A DNA stretch of 64,000 nucleotides. It comes from Acidobacteriota bacterium. Its GTDB lineage: Bacteria > Acidobacteriota > CAIWXX01. The notes below the pieces were generated by a model, which saw nothing but the letters and a program-made list of their open reading frames with translations, had not been told where the DNA came from and searched no databases. This document shows positions 33,155 through 42,546 of this stretch, one piece after another. The stretch spans positions 32,001-96,000 of the forward strand of contig JBFMAF010000043.1 of the NCBI GenBank assembly GCA_040755995.1, written 5' to 3'. The number at the start of each line of letters is the position of its first letter. Positions within the stretch are counted from its first letter, which is position 1. The translations under genes and the position numbers were made by a program.

Positions 33155-33791
33155 TCCTCCAGGTTGAAACGTCTACGCAGAGCTTCCGCGTCCGCGCGAT
33201 CCTGCAGACGCACAGTGTCCTTCTTCATGCGATAGAGCGTCTTCGGCGTGACCACTGAGACCACGATGTCTTCGAACGGCAACCTCTCGCTCTCCAGGTC
33301 CTCGAAGCGGAACGCCTCTCCGAGCCGCGTGAGGATGTCGATGTGGAAGGTGCCCTCGGGGGGGACATACTCGACGGCTGGATAGTCTCCAAGCAGGTCC
33401 TCCGCCGTGATCTGCTCTATGTTCGGATCGTCGTACACGGAGCGGAGTGCTGCCTTTAGATGCTCGATGTTGTCGGGCTGAGGGGCGACGAATATGTCCA
33501 GATCGTCGGTGAAGCGAGTGAGGCCATGCAGATTGATTGCCGCACCCCCGAAGACACTCTAGCGAGGCTGCGCCTCAGACCCACGAGGCATGTCACGGTT
33601 GGAGCGGCGCAGCCTCGCGTCGAGAGTCGAGAGTCGAAGGTCGAAAGTGAAAACGGTGGGAATTGACGGCCAATGACGCACCGCTCCAAGAATTTGACTC
33701 AATCGCAACACGTTTTTCGCCTCAAGCCATTCTAGTGGACCTGCTCTCGCTCCAGCGCCGCTAGCACTCTCTTCGTTGTTTCGAAGTTCAC
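33151..33791 (-). pseudogene. Nucleotidyltransferase-fold gene split by an inserted repeat element
   Basis: 33791-33735 reads MNFETTKRVLAALEREQVH. After the insert, 33558 downward reads SVFGGAAINLHGLTRFTDDLDIF...RLQDRADA (GG..T.D.D NTase motif). Confidence 0.85.
33559..33735 (+). mobile_element. Non-autonomous REP/MITE-like element, copy 1
   Basis: CTAG at both ends, CGAGGC-N3-GCCTC hairpin pair, AGAGTCG heptamers and a TGACGCACCGCTCCAAG...CCTCAAGCCATT tail. It interrupts a CDS. Confidence 0.8.
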
Positions 33792-33963
33792 ACGTACCTT
33801 CCAGGCCCGGTCAGCTCAGATCGAGCTCGATTCGCCACCGGCCGAAGTATAGCGGCGGGGTAGGGGTAGGTCAACGGTGGTGGGTAGAGGCGGCGAGCGT
33901 GCGAGCAGCTGCGCCGAGGCTGCGGGTGAAGGCCGTGCGCCGCCCGCGCCAGGTAAGTCCAGG

Positions 33964-34488
33964 TCAGCCGCTCGATGTCGATTCCACTATGAGCGCGTCG
34001 AGTCTCTCAACCAGCTCGGCCACGGATCTCGCCACCGGCTCGCTCAAGCCCTTACCCCAGGTTAGCGGGAGAGTGACGGTAATCCCGAAGGTCTCCCATG
34101 GGGGAAATGGTTCCGCGATTCGTGTCGCCTGCAGCCGATGCATGACGGAGGCGATGTCGGTCTGGTGGAGCGATGGAGCCAGCGGGTGGGGAGAACGTGA
34201 GAGTGGGCGGATGTCGCCGGGGGTGCCCTCAAGCGTCGCATCTACAAAAATGAAGCGCTCGGCGCGCTCGAGCAGATCTGCGATCTCGAAGAGATCGGTC
34301 TCGAGTGCGTATAGAAAGACGCGGTTGTCGTCCCGCCAGCGCTCGCTCAGACGCCGCACGACTTCGATGCCGGCCGCATCGTCGCCTGCGAGCTCGTTGC
34401 CGATACCGATGACGGCGACCTTCGCCTTCTGGTCGCCGCACCGGAGCGATTCCGAGTGCTGCATGCGACGCTCAGAGCCCGCGCCCAT
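33964..34488 (-). CDS. Hydrogenase maturation protease
   Basis: VIGIGNELAGDDAAG, IFVDA, SLH. Confidence 0.9.
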   Translation of the reverse strand: MGAGSERRMQHSESLRCGDQKAKVAVIGIGNELAGDDAAGIEVVRRLSERWRDDNRVFLYALETDLFEIADLLERAERFIFVDATLEGTPGDIRPLSRSPHPLAPSLHQTDIASVMHRLQATRIAEPFPPWETFGITVTLPLTWGKGLSEPVARSVAELVERLDALIVESTSSG

Positions 34489-34576
34489 CAGAGACCGCTC
34501 ACCGCGCAGAGCGGCGCCTCCTGAAAACGGAACGCGGATTTCGGATCCGAAATGGTGAATACGGGATTCGAGGCTC

Positions 34577-35299
34577 CTACTGATAGATCTTCACGTCGTA
34601 GACGCACCGCTCAGCGCCGCGATCGGCTTTCGTGAGCCGCAAGCGCGTCTTGCTGGTGCTGCCGAGATAGCCCGTGAGGTAGTTGCAGAAGAGCACGCAG
34701 AGCTCGCCGCCCAGCTCGATCCCCTCCTTCTTGCACAGTTCTCTGACGAAGCAGTCCTTGATCTCGAAAAGCAGCTGTTCGCCGCTAGGCATCGAGGGCT
34801 CCATGCACCAGGCCGGCCCGAACTGCTCCTTCGCCAGCGCAAGCGCCTCGCCCATCGTCTTCGGGACGCGGTAGCGCGGCAGCTGGTTGGCGAGAGTGCG
34901 TCCGGCGATCGATCCCACGGCTGGAAGCCCCGATCCGAGCGTCTGCTTGAAGACGGAGGCGATGGATAGCAACCGGACGCCCAGGTCGCTCATCGCGTGC
35001 TCACGGATCTCCCTGTCGGCCGGCACGTTGGCGATGGGTTTGCCGTTGGTGAGCAGCTTCGAGGCCAGGGCCATGGCATACGGGTCATGGTGGAAAGCCG
35101 CCGAGAGGGTCACGCCGTCGTGGTGTATGGCAGTCGCGGGACAGATCTCGGAGCAGCTCAGGCACCCGAAGCACTCCTTCGGTTTCACCACCACCGGCTG
35201 GCTCTTGACTTCGTCAAATACGAAGACCTTGGTCGGGCATATGTCGGCGCAAAGCGCGCACCCGACACAGGCTTTGTCGTCGATGGCGATCGTGATCAT
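34577..35299 (-). CDS. 2x[4Fe-4S] ferredoxin fused to a C-terminal V4R-like domain
   Basis: CVGCALCADICP and CFGCLSCSEICP. The C-terminus has DCFVRELC..LC..GYL..RCVY, a V4R-like Cys pattern (by eye). Confidence 0.75.
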   Translation of the reverse strand: MITIAIDDKACVGCALCADICPTKVFVFDEVKSQPVVVKPKECFGCLSCSEICPATAIHHDGVTLSAAFHHDPYAMALASKLLTNGKPIANVPADREIREHAMSDLGVRLLSIASVFKQTLGSGLPAVGSIAGRTLANQLPRYRVPKTMGEALALAKEQFGPAWCMEPSMPSGEQLLFEIKDCFVRELCKKEGIELGGELCVLFCNYLTGYLGSTSKTRLRLTKADRGAERCVYDVKIYQ

Positions 35300-36702
35300 C
35301 GCTCCATCCCCTTTCTGATCGTGCGGACGAGCTCTCCGTCCCTGCGTATCTGCACCTCCATCGGCATCTGCCCCGCCGCGTGAGTGGCGCAGGCCAGACA
35401 GGGGTCAAAGCAGCGCATCGCGAACTCTATGCCGTTCATCAGCAGGTTGTCGTTCTTCTTGGGCATCAGCAACTTCGCAAGCGAACCTATGGAGTTGTCA
35501 ATGGCGTCGTAGTTGTTTTGGGTGGCGACAATCAGGTTCGCATCCGTCAGGCGCCCATCGGCATCAGCCGTGTAGTCGTGCACAAGGATGCCTCGCGGCG
35601 CCTCTACCAGGCCGATGTACCTGCCCTCCCTGGGCTCCACCGGCACCCGAATCGGACCTCCTGTCAGGGCACCACCTGCAATCTCCGCGACTCGCTCTGC
35701 GGCGTGGACCATCTCCACCAGCCTCGCTTCGACGTAGTCGAGCGCCGACAGGCGAGGCCGGCCCTTCGCCTGGAACTCCTTCAGCATCTGGTTTGCCTTG
35801 GGAGTCGAGATCGCGTAGTTGTTGTTGAGTCGCGCCAGCGCTCCCACGAAGTATCGCTTCTCCGGCGTGCCTCGCAGCCTCACCGACTTCATGTAGGACC
35901 CGCGCATGACGTGCTCGACCAGATGCTCGTAGTACTTGGCGATAGGGAAGACCCGCTCGCGGATACCGAGCGCGTCAGTGACCACCACATCGCCTTCCAG
36001 GAAACTGTGGACGCCGTTCTTGGAGAGAGAGAGCGAATGGTAGGGAAGGAGCAAGGTTTCGGTGATCTCGTCCATGAGCGCCAGGCGGGCGCGTGCGACC
36101 GGGCCAAGCTCATCCAGGAGGCCCATGGCTTCCGTGCCCCAGCCGGCGATCATCTTGAGCTTCTCGGCGTCAGGACGGGCCGCCATGCCCCCGGGCACTG
36201 CGGTGACCGGATGGACCCCGCGGCCGCCGACGATCTCGACGATTCGCTGCCCGATCGTTCTGAGTCGCAGCGCCTTCTTGGCAAGCTCGGGGGCCAGCTT
36301 CAGGAGGCCGAATACATTGCGCACGTCAGGCTCGCTGTCCAGACCGAGCAGCAGATCCGGCCCCAGCAGGACGAAGGTGCTGAGCCCGTGAGAATGCAGC
36401 ATGTGGCCCGCGTACAACAGGTCGCGGAGGAGCCTTGCATCGGTCGGAACGGCGATGCCGAGCCCGTTCTCAATTGCGGTCACGGACGCCAGGTGGTGTG
36501 CGGCCGGACAGACCCCGCACAGCCGCCCGGTGACTTGCGGCATCTTGAATAGCTCCATTCTCTCCAGCAGCTTCTCGAAACCGCGGATCTCCAGTACCTG
36601 CAGGTGCGCGTCCGTAACCTGGTCGCCGCCATCTACATCGACCACTATTCTCGCGTGGCCCTCGATTCGAGTGACCGGATCAACGATTACTCTTTGTGCC
36701 AT
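35296..36702 (-). CDS. Group 3 [NiFe]-hydrogenase large subunit (MvhA-like)
   Basis: TRIEGH, RGFE, L1 RLCGVC, EAPRG, L2 DPCLACATH plus a cleavable C-terminal extension. Confidence 0.93.
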   Translation of the reverse strand: MAQRVIVDPVTRIEGHARIVVDVDGGDQVTDAHLQVLEIRGFEKLLERMELFKMPQVTGRLCGVCPAAHHLASVTAIENGLGIAVPTDARLLRDLLYAGHMLHSHGLSTFVLLGPDLLLGLDSEPDVRNVFGLLKLAPELAKKALRLRTIGQRIVEIVGGRGVHPVTAVPGGMAARPDAEKLKMIAGWGTEAMGLLDELGPVARARLALMDEITETLLLPYHSLSLSKNGVHSFLEGDVVVTDALGIRERVFPIAKYYEHLVEHVMRGSYMKSVRLRGTPEKRYFVGALARLNNNYAISTPKANQMLKEFQAKGRPRLSALDYVEARLVEMVHAAERVAEIAGGALTGGPIRVPVEPREGRYIGLVEAPRGILVHDYTADADGRLTDANLIVATQNNYDAIDNSIGSLAKLLMPKKNDNLLMNGIEFAMRCFDPCLACATHAAGQMPMEVQIRRDGELVRTIRKGMER

Positions 36703-36706
36703 GGTT

Positions 36707-37651
36707 TCACCTCTGTGCAGAGGCGGGCCCGGACCCCGCCGGCTCGCCGGCCCACTCTCTCAGCTCGACCGTGGGCTTCTTGTACATCACCGGCGAAGCC
36801 ACCGCGTACGCGTAGAACGTCTTCGCGTCTCTCTCGATGTACTCGCGCACCTCCGCCTCGGCGATTCCGCAGAGCATGCTCATCCGCCTGGCCAGCATGG
36901 TGCGCATGTCCAGATGCGGTTCTGTCACTATGCTCAGCGATGGACCGCAGCAGCCCGTGCAGGCTATGCCCACGGCCGGGCATGGAGCCTGGCATCGATT
37001 CAATGACACCGACCCCATGCACACTACCCCTTGGCTGAGGAAGCACATGCTGGGGTCTAGCGCCGTGACGGCGCCCCGCTTGAGCGAGACGCCGGAGACC
37101 TTGCGCATCTGCCGGGTGCATTCGGCGCAAACGGTCTGGTCGCTGAGCGGCGGTCCCGAGGCACCGAGCAATGCCCTGAGTCCTGCGGCGATGAAGTAGG
37201 GGTGCGGTGGGCAGCCGGGCAGGTAGAAGTCCACCGGAACGACCTCATCGATCGGTACGACGCTCTCCTCGAGTACCGGAGCCGAGGCGTCGGGACGCTC
37301 ACCACCCGCGTTGGTCGGTCCGCTGCCGTAGACCTTCTCTATGACTTCGGCCTTGCCATGCAGCCATCCCAGTCCGGACGGGCCGCCGTAAACAGCGCAG
37401 CTGCCGAATGCAACCAGCGTCTTCACGCTCTTGCGCATCTCCAGGAGGGCATGGCGGTCGTGCTCGCTTCGAATCGCTCCTTCCACGATCCCGATATCCG
37501 CATCCGGGTAATGCTTCTCATCCATCAAGACAGTGGCGCGTACGAAGTCCACATCCTCGACGAGCCCGAGCAGCTTCTCGTGCAAGTCCACCACTGCGAC
37601 GTGGCAGCCCGAGCAGCCGCTGAGCCACTCTGTGGAAAGTCGAGCCTTCAT
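36707..37651 (-). CDS. Group 3 [NiFe]-hydrogenase small subunit (MvhG-like, three-cluster type, no Tat signal)
   Basis: GCSGC, GSCA, PGCPP, and a C-terminal CAEC..C..C..C..CP..CTGC; ATGA overlap with the upstream gene. Confidence 0.92.
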   Translation of the reverse strand: MKARLSTEWLSGCSGCHVAVVDLHEKLLGLVEDVDFVRATVLMDEKHYPDADIGIVEGAIRSEHDRHALLEMRKSVKTLVAFGSCAVYGGPSGLGWLHGKAEVIEKVYGSGPTNAGGERPDASAPVLEESVVPIDEVVPVDFYLPGCPPHPYFIAAGLRALLGASGPPLSDQTVCAECTRQMRKVSGVSLKRGAVTALDPSMCFLSQGVVCMGSVSLNRCQAPCPAVGIACTGCCGPSLSIVTEPHLDMRTMLARRMSMLCGIAEAEVREYIERDAKTFYAYAVASPVMYKKPTVELREWAGEPAGSGPASAQR

Positions 37652-38136
37652 TTCTTCTCCTCCCAGATGAGCTCCTTTATGCACGCGTTCGCGCCTGCGT
37701 GGGTGATCTCCAGGTGGCAGATCGTGTTCGGCATGACCTTCTCCATCGCGCCTGCGAACACACCGTGTGACATGTAACAGAGCGACAGCTTCTGGTCGTG
37801 AGCGTAGCGATTGAGCGCATTGCGCACCATGCAGGTGCGGAAGACGAGCCGGAGCTTGTACTTGTCACCTTCTCGCTCGACCGGATCGGCTCTCTCGCCC
37901 GAGAATGGTTCGAACTCCCAAAATATCCCGCGTCTTGTCAAGGCTTCCTGCAGTATGCCCACGGCCTTGATCGGGTCGCTGGTCTGATCGACCCCTGCAA
38001 CCGCCTCCATGCCGAACTTCTTGCCGGCAAGGTTACAGATCGAGAGGCTCCCCTTGCCGAGGTTCTTCTCGGCTCCGTGCGCCAGCGCGCCTACGAAGTA
38101 CGCAACTTCCTGAAATTTCGCAATGTCGTGGTCCAT
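37648..38136 (-). CDS. Stand-alone V4R-like protein
   Basis: AGKKFG helix, CMVR..LC..GVFAG..AC pattern, similar to the C-terminal domain of 34577..35299; AAGGAG RBS. Confidence 0.65.
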   Translation of the reverse strand: MDHDIAKFQEVAYFVGALAHGAEKNLGKGSLSICNLAGKKFGMEAVAGVDQTSDPIKAVGILQEALTRRGIFWEFEPFSGERADPVEREGDKYKLRLVFRTCMVRNALNRYAHDQKLSLCYMSHGVFAGAMEKVMPNTICHLEITHAGANACIKELIWEEKK

Positions 38137-38293
38137 GTTCACTCCTTTGCGAATGTCATTGCATGCCGGGTCTCCATCGGCCATGGCGTTTCAGAAAGGG
38201 ATGGATCCCATCGTCTTGCCCCCTTCATGCTATCTAATCCGGCATCTCGCCCGGCTGCCGCCCGAAGTGCTCGTGCCGTCTCGGTCGGCTCCC

Positions 38294-39370
38294 TCAGCCG
38301 CCCCTGATGATCCTCTCAATGCTCTTCTTCATGAGGGCTGGGTTCTGTTCACCAGACACTAGTATGAGGAAGCAGCCCAGCGAGCCCGCTGGGAAGATGA
38401 CGTAGAAACCCTCTTCGCCCTCGCCGAGATAGGAGATGAGCTCCCCGAGCCGCCACCGCTTACCGAGGATATCGAGCTTGCTCCGGACTTGGCCCCACAA
38501 TCGCGTGCAGGATTCGTTCGGCGTCGGTTGCCCCTGCACTGCCACCAGGGCGCTGTCGGCACCATCCCTCGTTACGAAGGCGCTGGCGAGGACCCCATGC
38601 AACGTCGCTATTTCTCGGACTGCTTCTTGGACTACGGCGGGAACCTTCAGAGGTGCTGCCGGAGTGGCCGGCTCCTCTTCAACGAAGCCCACACCCTGCA
38701 CAGCCGTGGGACCTGGTTCGGCGGCGGACTCAGTGGTTGGCAAGACGAGCTCCGGAGGCTCGAAATCCAGCTCTACGAACAGGCTCAGAGGATCTTCTTC
38801 CTCCAGCGGCAACTGTGCACCCGGTGTCTGCGCCGCCCCATCAATCCTCTCGGCCTCCACAGGCACTTCGGGCAGTGGCATGCCAGCGGCCAGTGCGCCT
38901 GCCGGAGCCGTATCCTCCCGCAGAGCCTGCGGGGCAGCGGCGGCCGGAGTGCGAGTCCCGGCACCCGCCTCTTCCCCCGCGCGGTCGGCCGGCGTCGTGG
39001 AGGCGATTCGATCTCTTGCGCGCTGAACCAACGTCTCGCGAAACAGGTTCGTGAACTCGCGGGAGCGTATCGCGAGCAGCCGGTCCTTCTCGTGCTCATC
39101 CAGGGGATGGTCCAGCGGGTAGCTCTTGCGCAAGAGAATCTTCCCTTCCCATGCAGCCACCGCAACGATGCGCGGGTCCGGCTTGGGCGAGTATTCCACC
39201 TGTATCTGGATGAGCCGCCGCCCTATGGTTACAGACTGCAGAAGACCGCCGACTGTGGCAGCCTTGGGTCCTACCCTGGGCGAGCCCGTGCTGGTCATCG
39301 GTTGAGCCGGGGTGGAGCGCGCAGCCGGAGTGCCACCTGGGCGGCTGGAGTCTTGCCCCTTCGGTACCAC
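38294..39370 (-). CDS. Hypothetical protein with low-complexity linker and C-terminal Roadblock/LC7-like domain
   Basis: C-terminal GVLASAFVTRDG...LGEL...GEEG pattern; Pro/Ala/Glu-rich centre. Confidence 0.6.
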   Translation of the reverse strand: MVPKGQDSSRPGGTPAARSTPAQPMTSTGSPRVGPKAATVGGLLQSVTIGRRLIQIQVEYSPKPDPRIVAVAAWEGKILLRKSYPLDHPLDEHEKDRLLAIRSREFTNLFRETLVQRARDRIASTTPADRAGEEAGAGTRTPAAAAPQALREDTAPAGALAAGMPLPEVPVEAERIDGAAQTPGAQLPLEEEDPLSLFVELDFEPPELVLPTTESAAEPGPTAVQGVGFVEEEPATPAAPLKVPAVVQEAVREIATLHGVLASAFVTRDGADSALVAVQGQPTPNESCTRLWGQVRSKLDILGKRWRLGELISYLGEGEEGFYVIFPAGSLGCFLILVSGEQNPALMKKSIERIIRGG

Positions 39371-39383
39371 GACTTTGAACGCC

Positions 39384-39516
39384 CTAGCGAGGCGCGGCCT
39401 CGGAGCGGCTGGCTATGGATTCGGAAATGAGTACGCAGACCAATCGGCTATCTCGATGACGCACCGCTCCAAAGCTCCGACTCGTTGCCAACATCTTTCG
39501 GCTCGAACCCTTCTAG
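39384..39516 (+). mobile_element. Non-autonomous REP/MITE-like element, copy 2
   Basis: CTAGCGAGGCGCGGCCTCG...TGACGCACCGCTCCAA...TTCTAG. The right-hand CTAG overlaps the roadblock stop codon. Confidence 0.75.
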
Positions 39517-39866
39517 AGCGATTTCTCGAGGTCCTTGATGTGTTTCTTGACTTGATAGCGGACGTTGCCGAGGTTGGCGCTGGCACTGGTCACGATCGCC
39601 AGGATAGCATCCTGGCCCAGGGCCGCGCTTACGAGGACGCCGTTATCGAACTCGGCCATGACCTGTCCCATCTTTCCGATCTTGAGCTCCTGGCCCATGG
39701 TCTCGGAAGAGCCAAAGCCTGTGGAAATGACGGCTCCGACCGCCTCTACGTCCATGCCAGCCCCACCGGCTGCATCGATCACGAACCCGTCGCGGCCTAC
39801 CACGACCGCACTGGCAATCCCTTCGACCTTGACCAGACTGTTCAGGACTTCGCGGGTACTAGGCAT
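39513..39866 (-). CDS. Roadblock/LC7 (MglB-like) protein
   Basis: EGIASAVVVGRDGFVID, ANLGNVR; GGAGG precedes ATG 39866. Confidence 0.9.
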   Translation of the reverse strand: MPSTREVLNSLVKVEGIASAVVVGRDGFVIDAAGGAGMDVEAVGAVISTGFGSSETMGQELKIGKMGQVMAEFDNGVLVSAALGQDAILAIVTSASANLGNVRYQVKKHIKDLEKSL

Positions 39867-39955
39867 CGCTACCTCCTTTGGAAAATCATCAGGCTCGTGC
39901 ATTCCCCCTTGCTTCTGCTTCGTGAGTTCAAACCCCCGCTTCACGGCCGTGTTCT

Positions 39956-40167
39956 ATACAGCGCGTCATAAGTCCACAACAGACTCAACGAGTAGACGCA
40001 GTGCATGACGCGCTGTATTCGCGGGGATGGCCTCAGGCCTTGCATCTGCGGCCATTCGGCCGCGCAAGGCCTGAGCCCTCCCCACGTACCCCCCCGGGGG
40101 AGGCCTCCGAGCGAGGCCTCCCCCGGAACCCCCACGCGCATACAGCGCGACTTGTGTCGCGCTGCAT
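39956..40167. repeat. Cluster of three inverted repeats/hairpins
   Basis: ATACAGCGCGTCAT / ATGACGCGCTGTAT (39956-39969 and 40005-40018); a 14-bp stem at 40094-40126; ATACAGCGCGAC-ttgt-GTCGCGCTGCAT at 40140-40167. Confidence 0.75.
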
Positions 40168-40389
40168 AGTCAGTTGGTTGACTCGTGTCCAAACGACCCT
40201 CAGGAACAGCGTCCTGCCACTCTCTCATGTCTGAACCTGTAGCCCTCCATTCCATACTCCGGTGGGGGCACATCATAAGACGAAAAACCCATCAACGTCA
40301 TCTATGATAATAGTAACCCGGCCGAAGAGCAACCCGTTGGAGGGACTTCTTCTGCGTCCGCATGGTCCCTCACAGATGCGCCACCGGCA

Positions 40390-41076
40390 TCAGGACTCCG
40401 ACTCCGTGAGCTGCGAGGCCAGCTTGTTTACCGCGAGCGTGACGGCGCCGAGCGTCCGGCCTGCATCCGTGACGGCCAGCAGCACGCGATGCTCATCCAG
40501 TCTCTGCGCGACCACGAATCCCGACTCGTCCTCACAGTAGAGACGTTTGAATGCACGGCGGGGGTAGCTCCGTATCACCCCTGGTATCAACCGTCGGAGC
40601 TCCTCGATGCCCTCCGGCTTGCCCCCAGTCTGCGCCAGAACCACGCCGTCTGGATTCATTACCGCCAGATGGGAGAGTACGCCGCCCAGCTTGACCCATT
40701 CGTCCAACTTCATCGTCAGGTTGCCTCCGCCTCTCCGGATCTCCTCCTGCCTCTTCTGTTCCGCCAGCTTTCGTTCGTCACGGGCCTTCAACGCCAGCAT
40801 GATGAGGCGATGCAAGTCCGTGTCGATCGTTCTTGCGGGCGAGGCAACATCCTGCCTTATCTCGAATGTACCATCCTCCCAGTCTACAACGGTCATCAAG
40901 ACCTCTTCGCCGTACCTGTCGCCCTGGATGGCATGGACCAATCTTCCGTGATCGTAGTGAAGCGACGCCTCGGCCTCGCCGCTCCGCATCACCACCTGGC
41001 AGGTCTTCCTGCCGTTGTACGGGAACTGCAGGAGCTCTACGATGCCGAATTCCTTCAACGATCCTTGCAGCGTCAT
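40390..41076 (-). CDS. DUF4388 (PATAN-like) domain plus C-terminal Roadblock-like domain
   Basis: LQGSLKEFGIVELLQ..GRLVHA..WEDGTFE..ARDE; C-terminal AVMNPDGVVLA..TLGAV. Confidence 0.8.
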   Translation of the reverse strand: MTLQGSLKEFGIVELLQFPYNGRKTCQVVMRSGEAEASLHYDHGRLVHAIQGDRYGEEVLMTVVDWEDGTFEIRQDVASPARTIDTDLHRLIMLALKARDERKLAEQKRQEEIRRGGGNLTMKLDEWVKLGGVLSHLAVMNPDGVVLAQTGGKPEGIEELRRLIPGVIRSYPRRAFKRLYCEDESGFVVAQRLDEHRVLLAVTDAGRTLGAVTLAVNKLASQLTESES

Positions 41077-41090
41077 CGGCTGTCCCTCCC

Positions 41091-41246
41091 TTAGCGAGGC
41101 GCGGCCTCCGTCGAATGAAGCTTGCAAGGCCGCTCTGGCCGCGCCTCGCTTAGAGAGTAGAGAGTGGAGAGTAGAGAGTGGCAGTGACGCACCGCTCCAA
41201 GAAATCGGCTCAGTCCCAACATGTTTTTCGCCTCAAGCCATTCCAG
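41091..41246 (+). mobile_element. Non-autonomous REP/MITE-like element, copy 3
   Basis: TTAGCGAGGCGCGGCC...GGCCGCGCCTCGC, AGAGTAG/AGAGTGG heptamers and a TGACGCACCGCTCCAAG...CCTCAAGCCATTCCAG tail. Confidence 0.75.
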
Positions 41247-41284
41247 CAACGACGAGCTGAAGCCGGAATCGATCGTTCAGGGTC

Positions 41285-41707
41285 TCATTCTCCAATGATC
41301 TTGACCATCACCCTCTTGTCGCGGCGACCGTCGAATTCGCCATAGAAGATCTGCTCCCATGGGCCGAAGTCGAGCTTCCCGTTCGTAATCGCCACCACCA
41401 CTTCTCGCCCCATGATCTGGCGCTTGTGGTGGGCGTCGCCATTGTCTTCGCCGGTGCGGTTATGGCGGTAGCGACTTGGACTGGCGTCGAACGGCGCCAG
41501 CTGCTCGAGCCACCTCTTGTAGTCTTCGTGCAGGCCGGGTTCGTCGTCGTTGATGAAAACGCTTGCAGTGATGTGCATTGCGTTCACCAGGCAGAGCCCC
41601 TCTTTGACCCCGCTCTCCTGCACCGCCGCCTCGACCTTCGGCGTGATGTTCACGAAGTCCATCCGTGCAGGCACCCGCATCGTCAGATAGTGCGTGTGTG
41701 ATTTCAT
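41285..41707 (-). CDS. yjbQ: YjbQ/UPF0047 family protein
   Basis: [33 protein letters not shown]. Confidence 0.92.
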   Translation of the reverse strand: MKSHTHYLTMRVPARMDFVNITPKVEAAVQESGVKEGLCLVNAMHITASVFINDDEPGLHEDYKRWLEQLAPFDASPSRYRHNRTGEDNGDAHHKRQIMGREVVVAITNGKLDFGPWEQIFYGEFDGRRDKRVMVKIIGE

Positions 41708-42537
41708 CTGGTACCTCCTGAGCGCGCCGATGTCGACTCGAGATCCGCGAGGAAGCGCCGGATCGCATCCGCGAAGCGATCGGGTTGGTCTATGAACGGC
41801 CAGTGGCCGGACGGAGCGATCTCGACACAGGGTACGCGCGATTCGGCCAGCAGCTTGCGCGTCCGCGCCGAGGCGCCGCCGGGCGCGCCCGCCACATACA
41901 GGACGGGCAGATCCAGAGCGGCGAGCCGCCGCGCCATGTCTTCAGCACTCGACAGCGCGATGAGCTCCAGCGAATTCGCGAGATACGCCCTCGGGTCGCA
42001 CAACCTCAGGCTCGCGTAGTAACCCCGGTGTGCCGCATCCCGCTCGCCTTGCCGATAGACCAGATCGCGCAAGGCGTCGAAGCCCGACCTGACGAAATCC
42101 TCGACAGAGTACCTCACCGCCTGTCCGCTGAATGAGCAATCGTGTCGCGACTTGTTGCCGTCCACGTCGATCACGGCCCTGACCAGGCTCCTGTGACGTT
42201 CGGCGAACAGAAGCGCAAGGACTCCGCCCATCGAGTGCCCAAGCACGACAACCTGTCCCGCGTGCCTCGTCTCGAGCCATTCGCGCAGCCGGTCGGACTG
42301 TTCTGTCAAGGACAGCGGTTCATCAGTCCAGGCGCTGCGGCCGTAGCTCGGCAGATCGGGGATGAGATGCCGCCACTCCCGTAGCTTCTCGTGCGCCGCG
42401 ATACGCTCGAAGCACAACCCCGATTCGCCCAGCCCATGCACCCACAGCACTGTCTCGGGCGCTCCCTGCGGCGAGTATTCACGAACGAACATCCCATGCT
42501 CGACTCGATGAGCCGGTCGCTGCGCGCTCATCGACAC
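41704..42537 (-). CDS. Alpha/beta hydrolase
   Basis: VHGLG, GHSMGG, SGHWP. Confidence 0.88.
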   Translation of the reverse strand: MSMSAQRPAHRVEHGMFVREYSPQGAPETVLWVHGLGESGLCFERIAAHEKLREWRHLIPDLPSYGRSAWTDEPLSLTEQSDRLREWLETRHAGQVVVLGHSMGGVLALLFAERHRSLVRAVIDVDGNKSRHDCSFSGQAVRYSVEDFVRSGFDALRDLVYRQGERDAAHRGYYASLRLCDPRAYLANSLELIALSSAEDMARRLAALDLPVLYVAGAPGGASARTRKLLAESRVPCVEIAPSGHWPFIDQPDRFADAIRRFLADLESTSARSGGTR

Positions 42538-42546
42538 GCGACCTCG

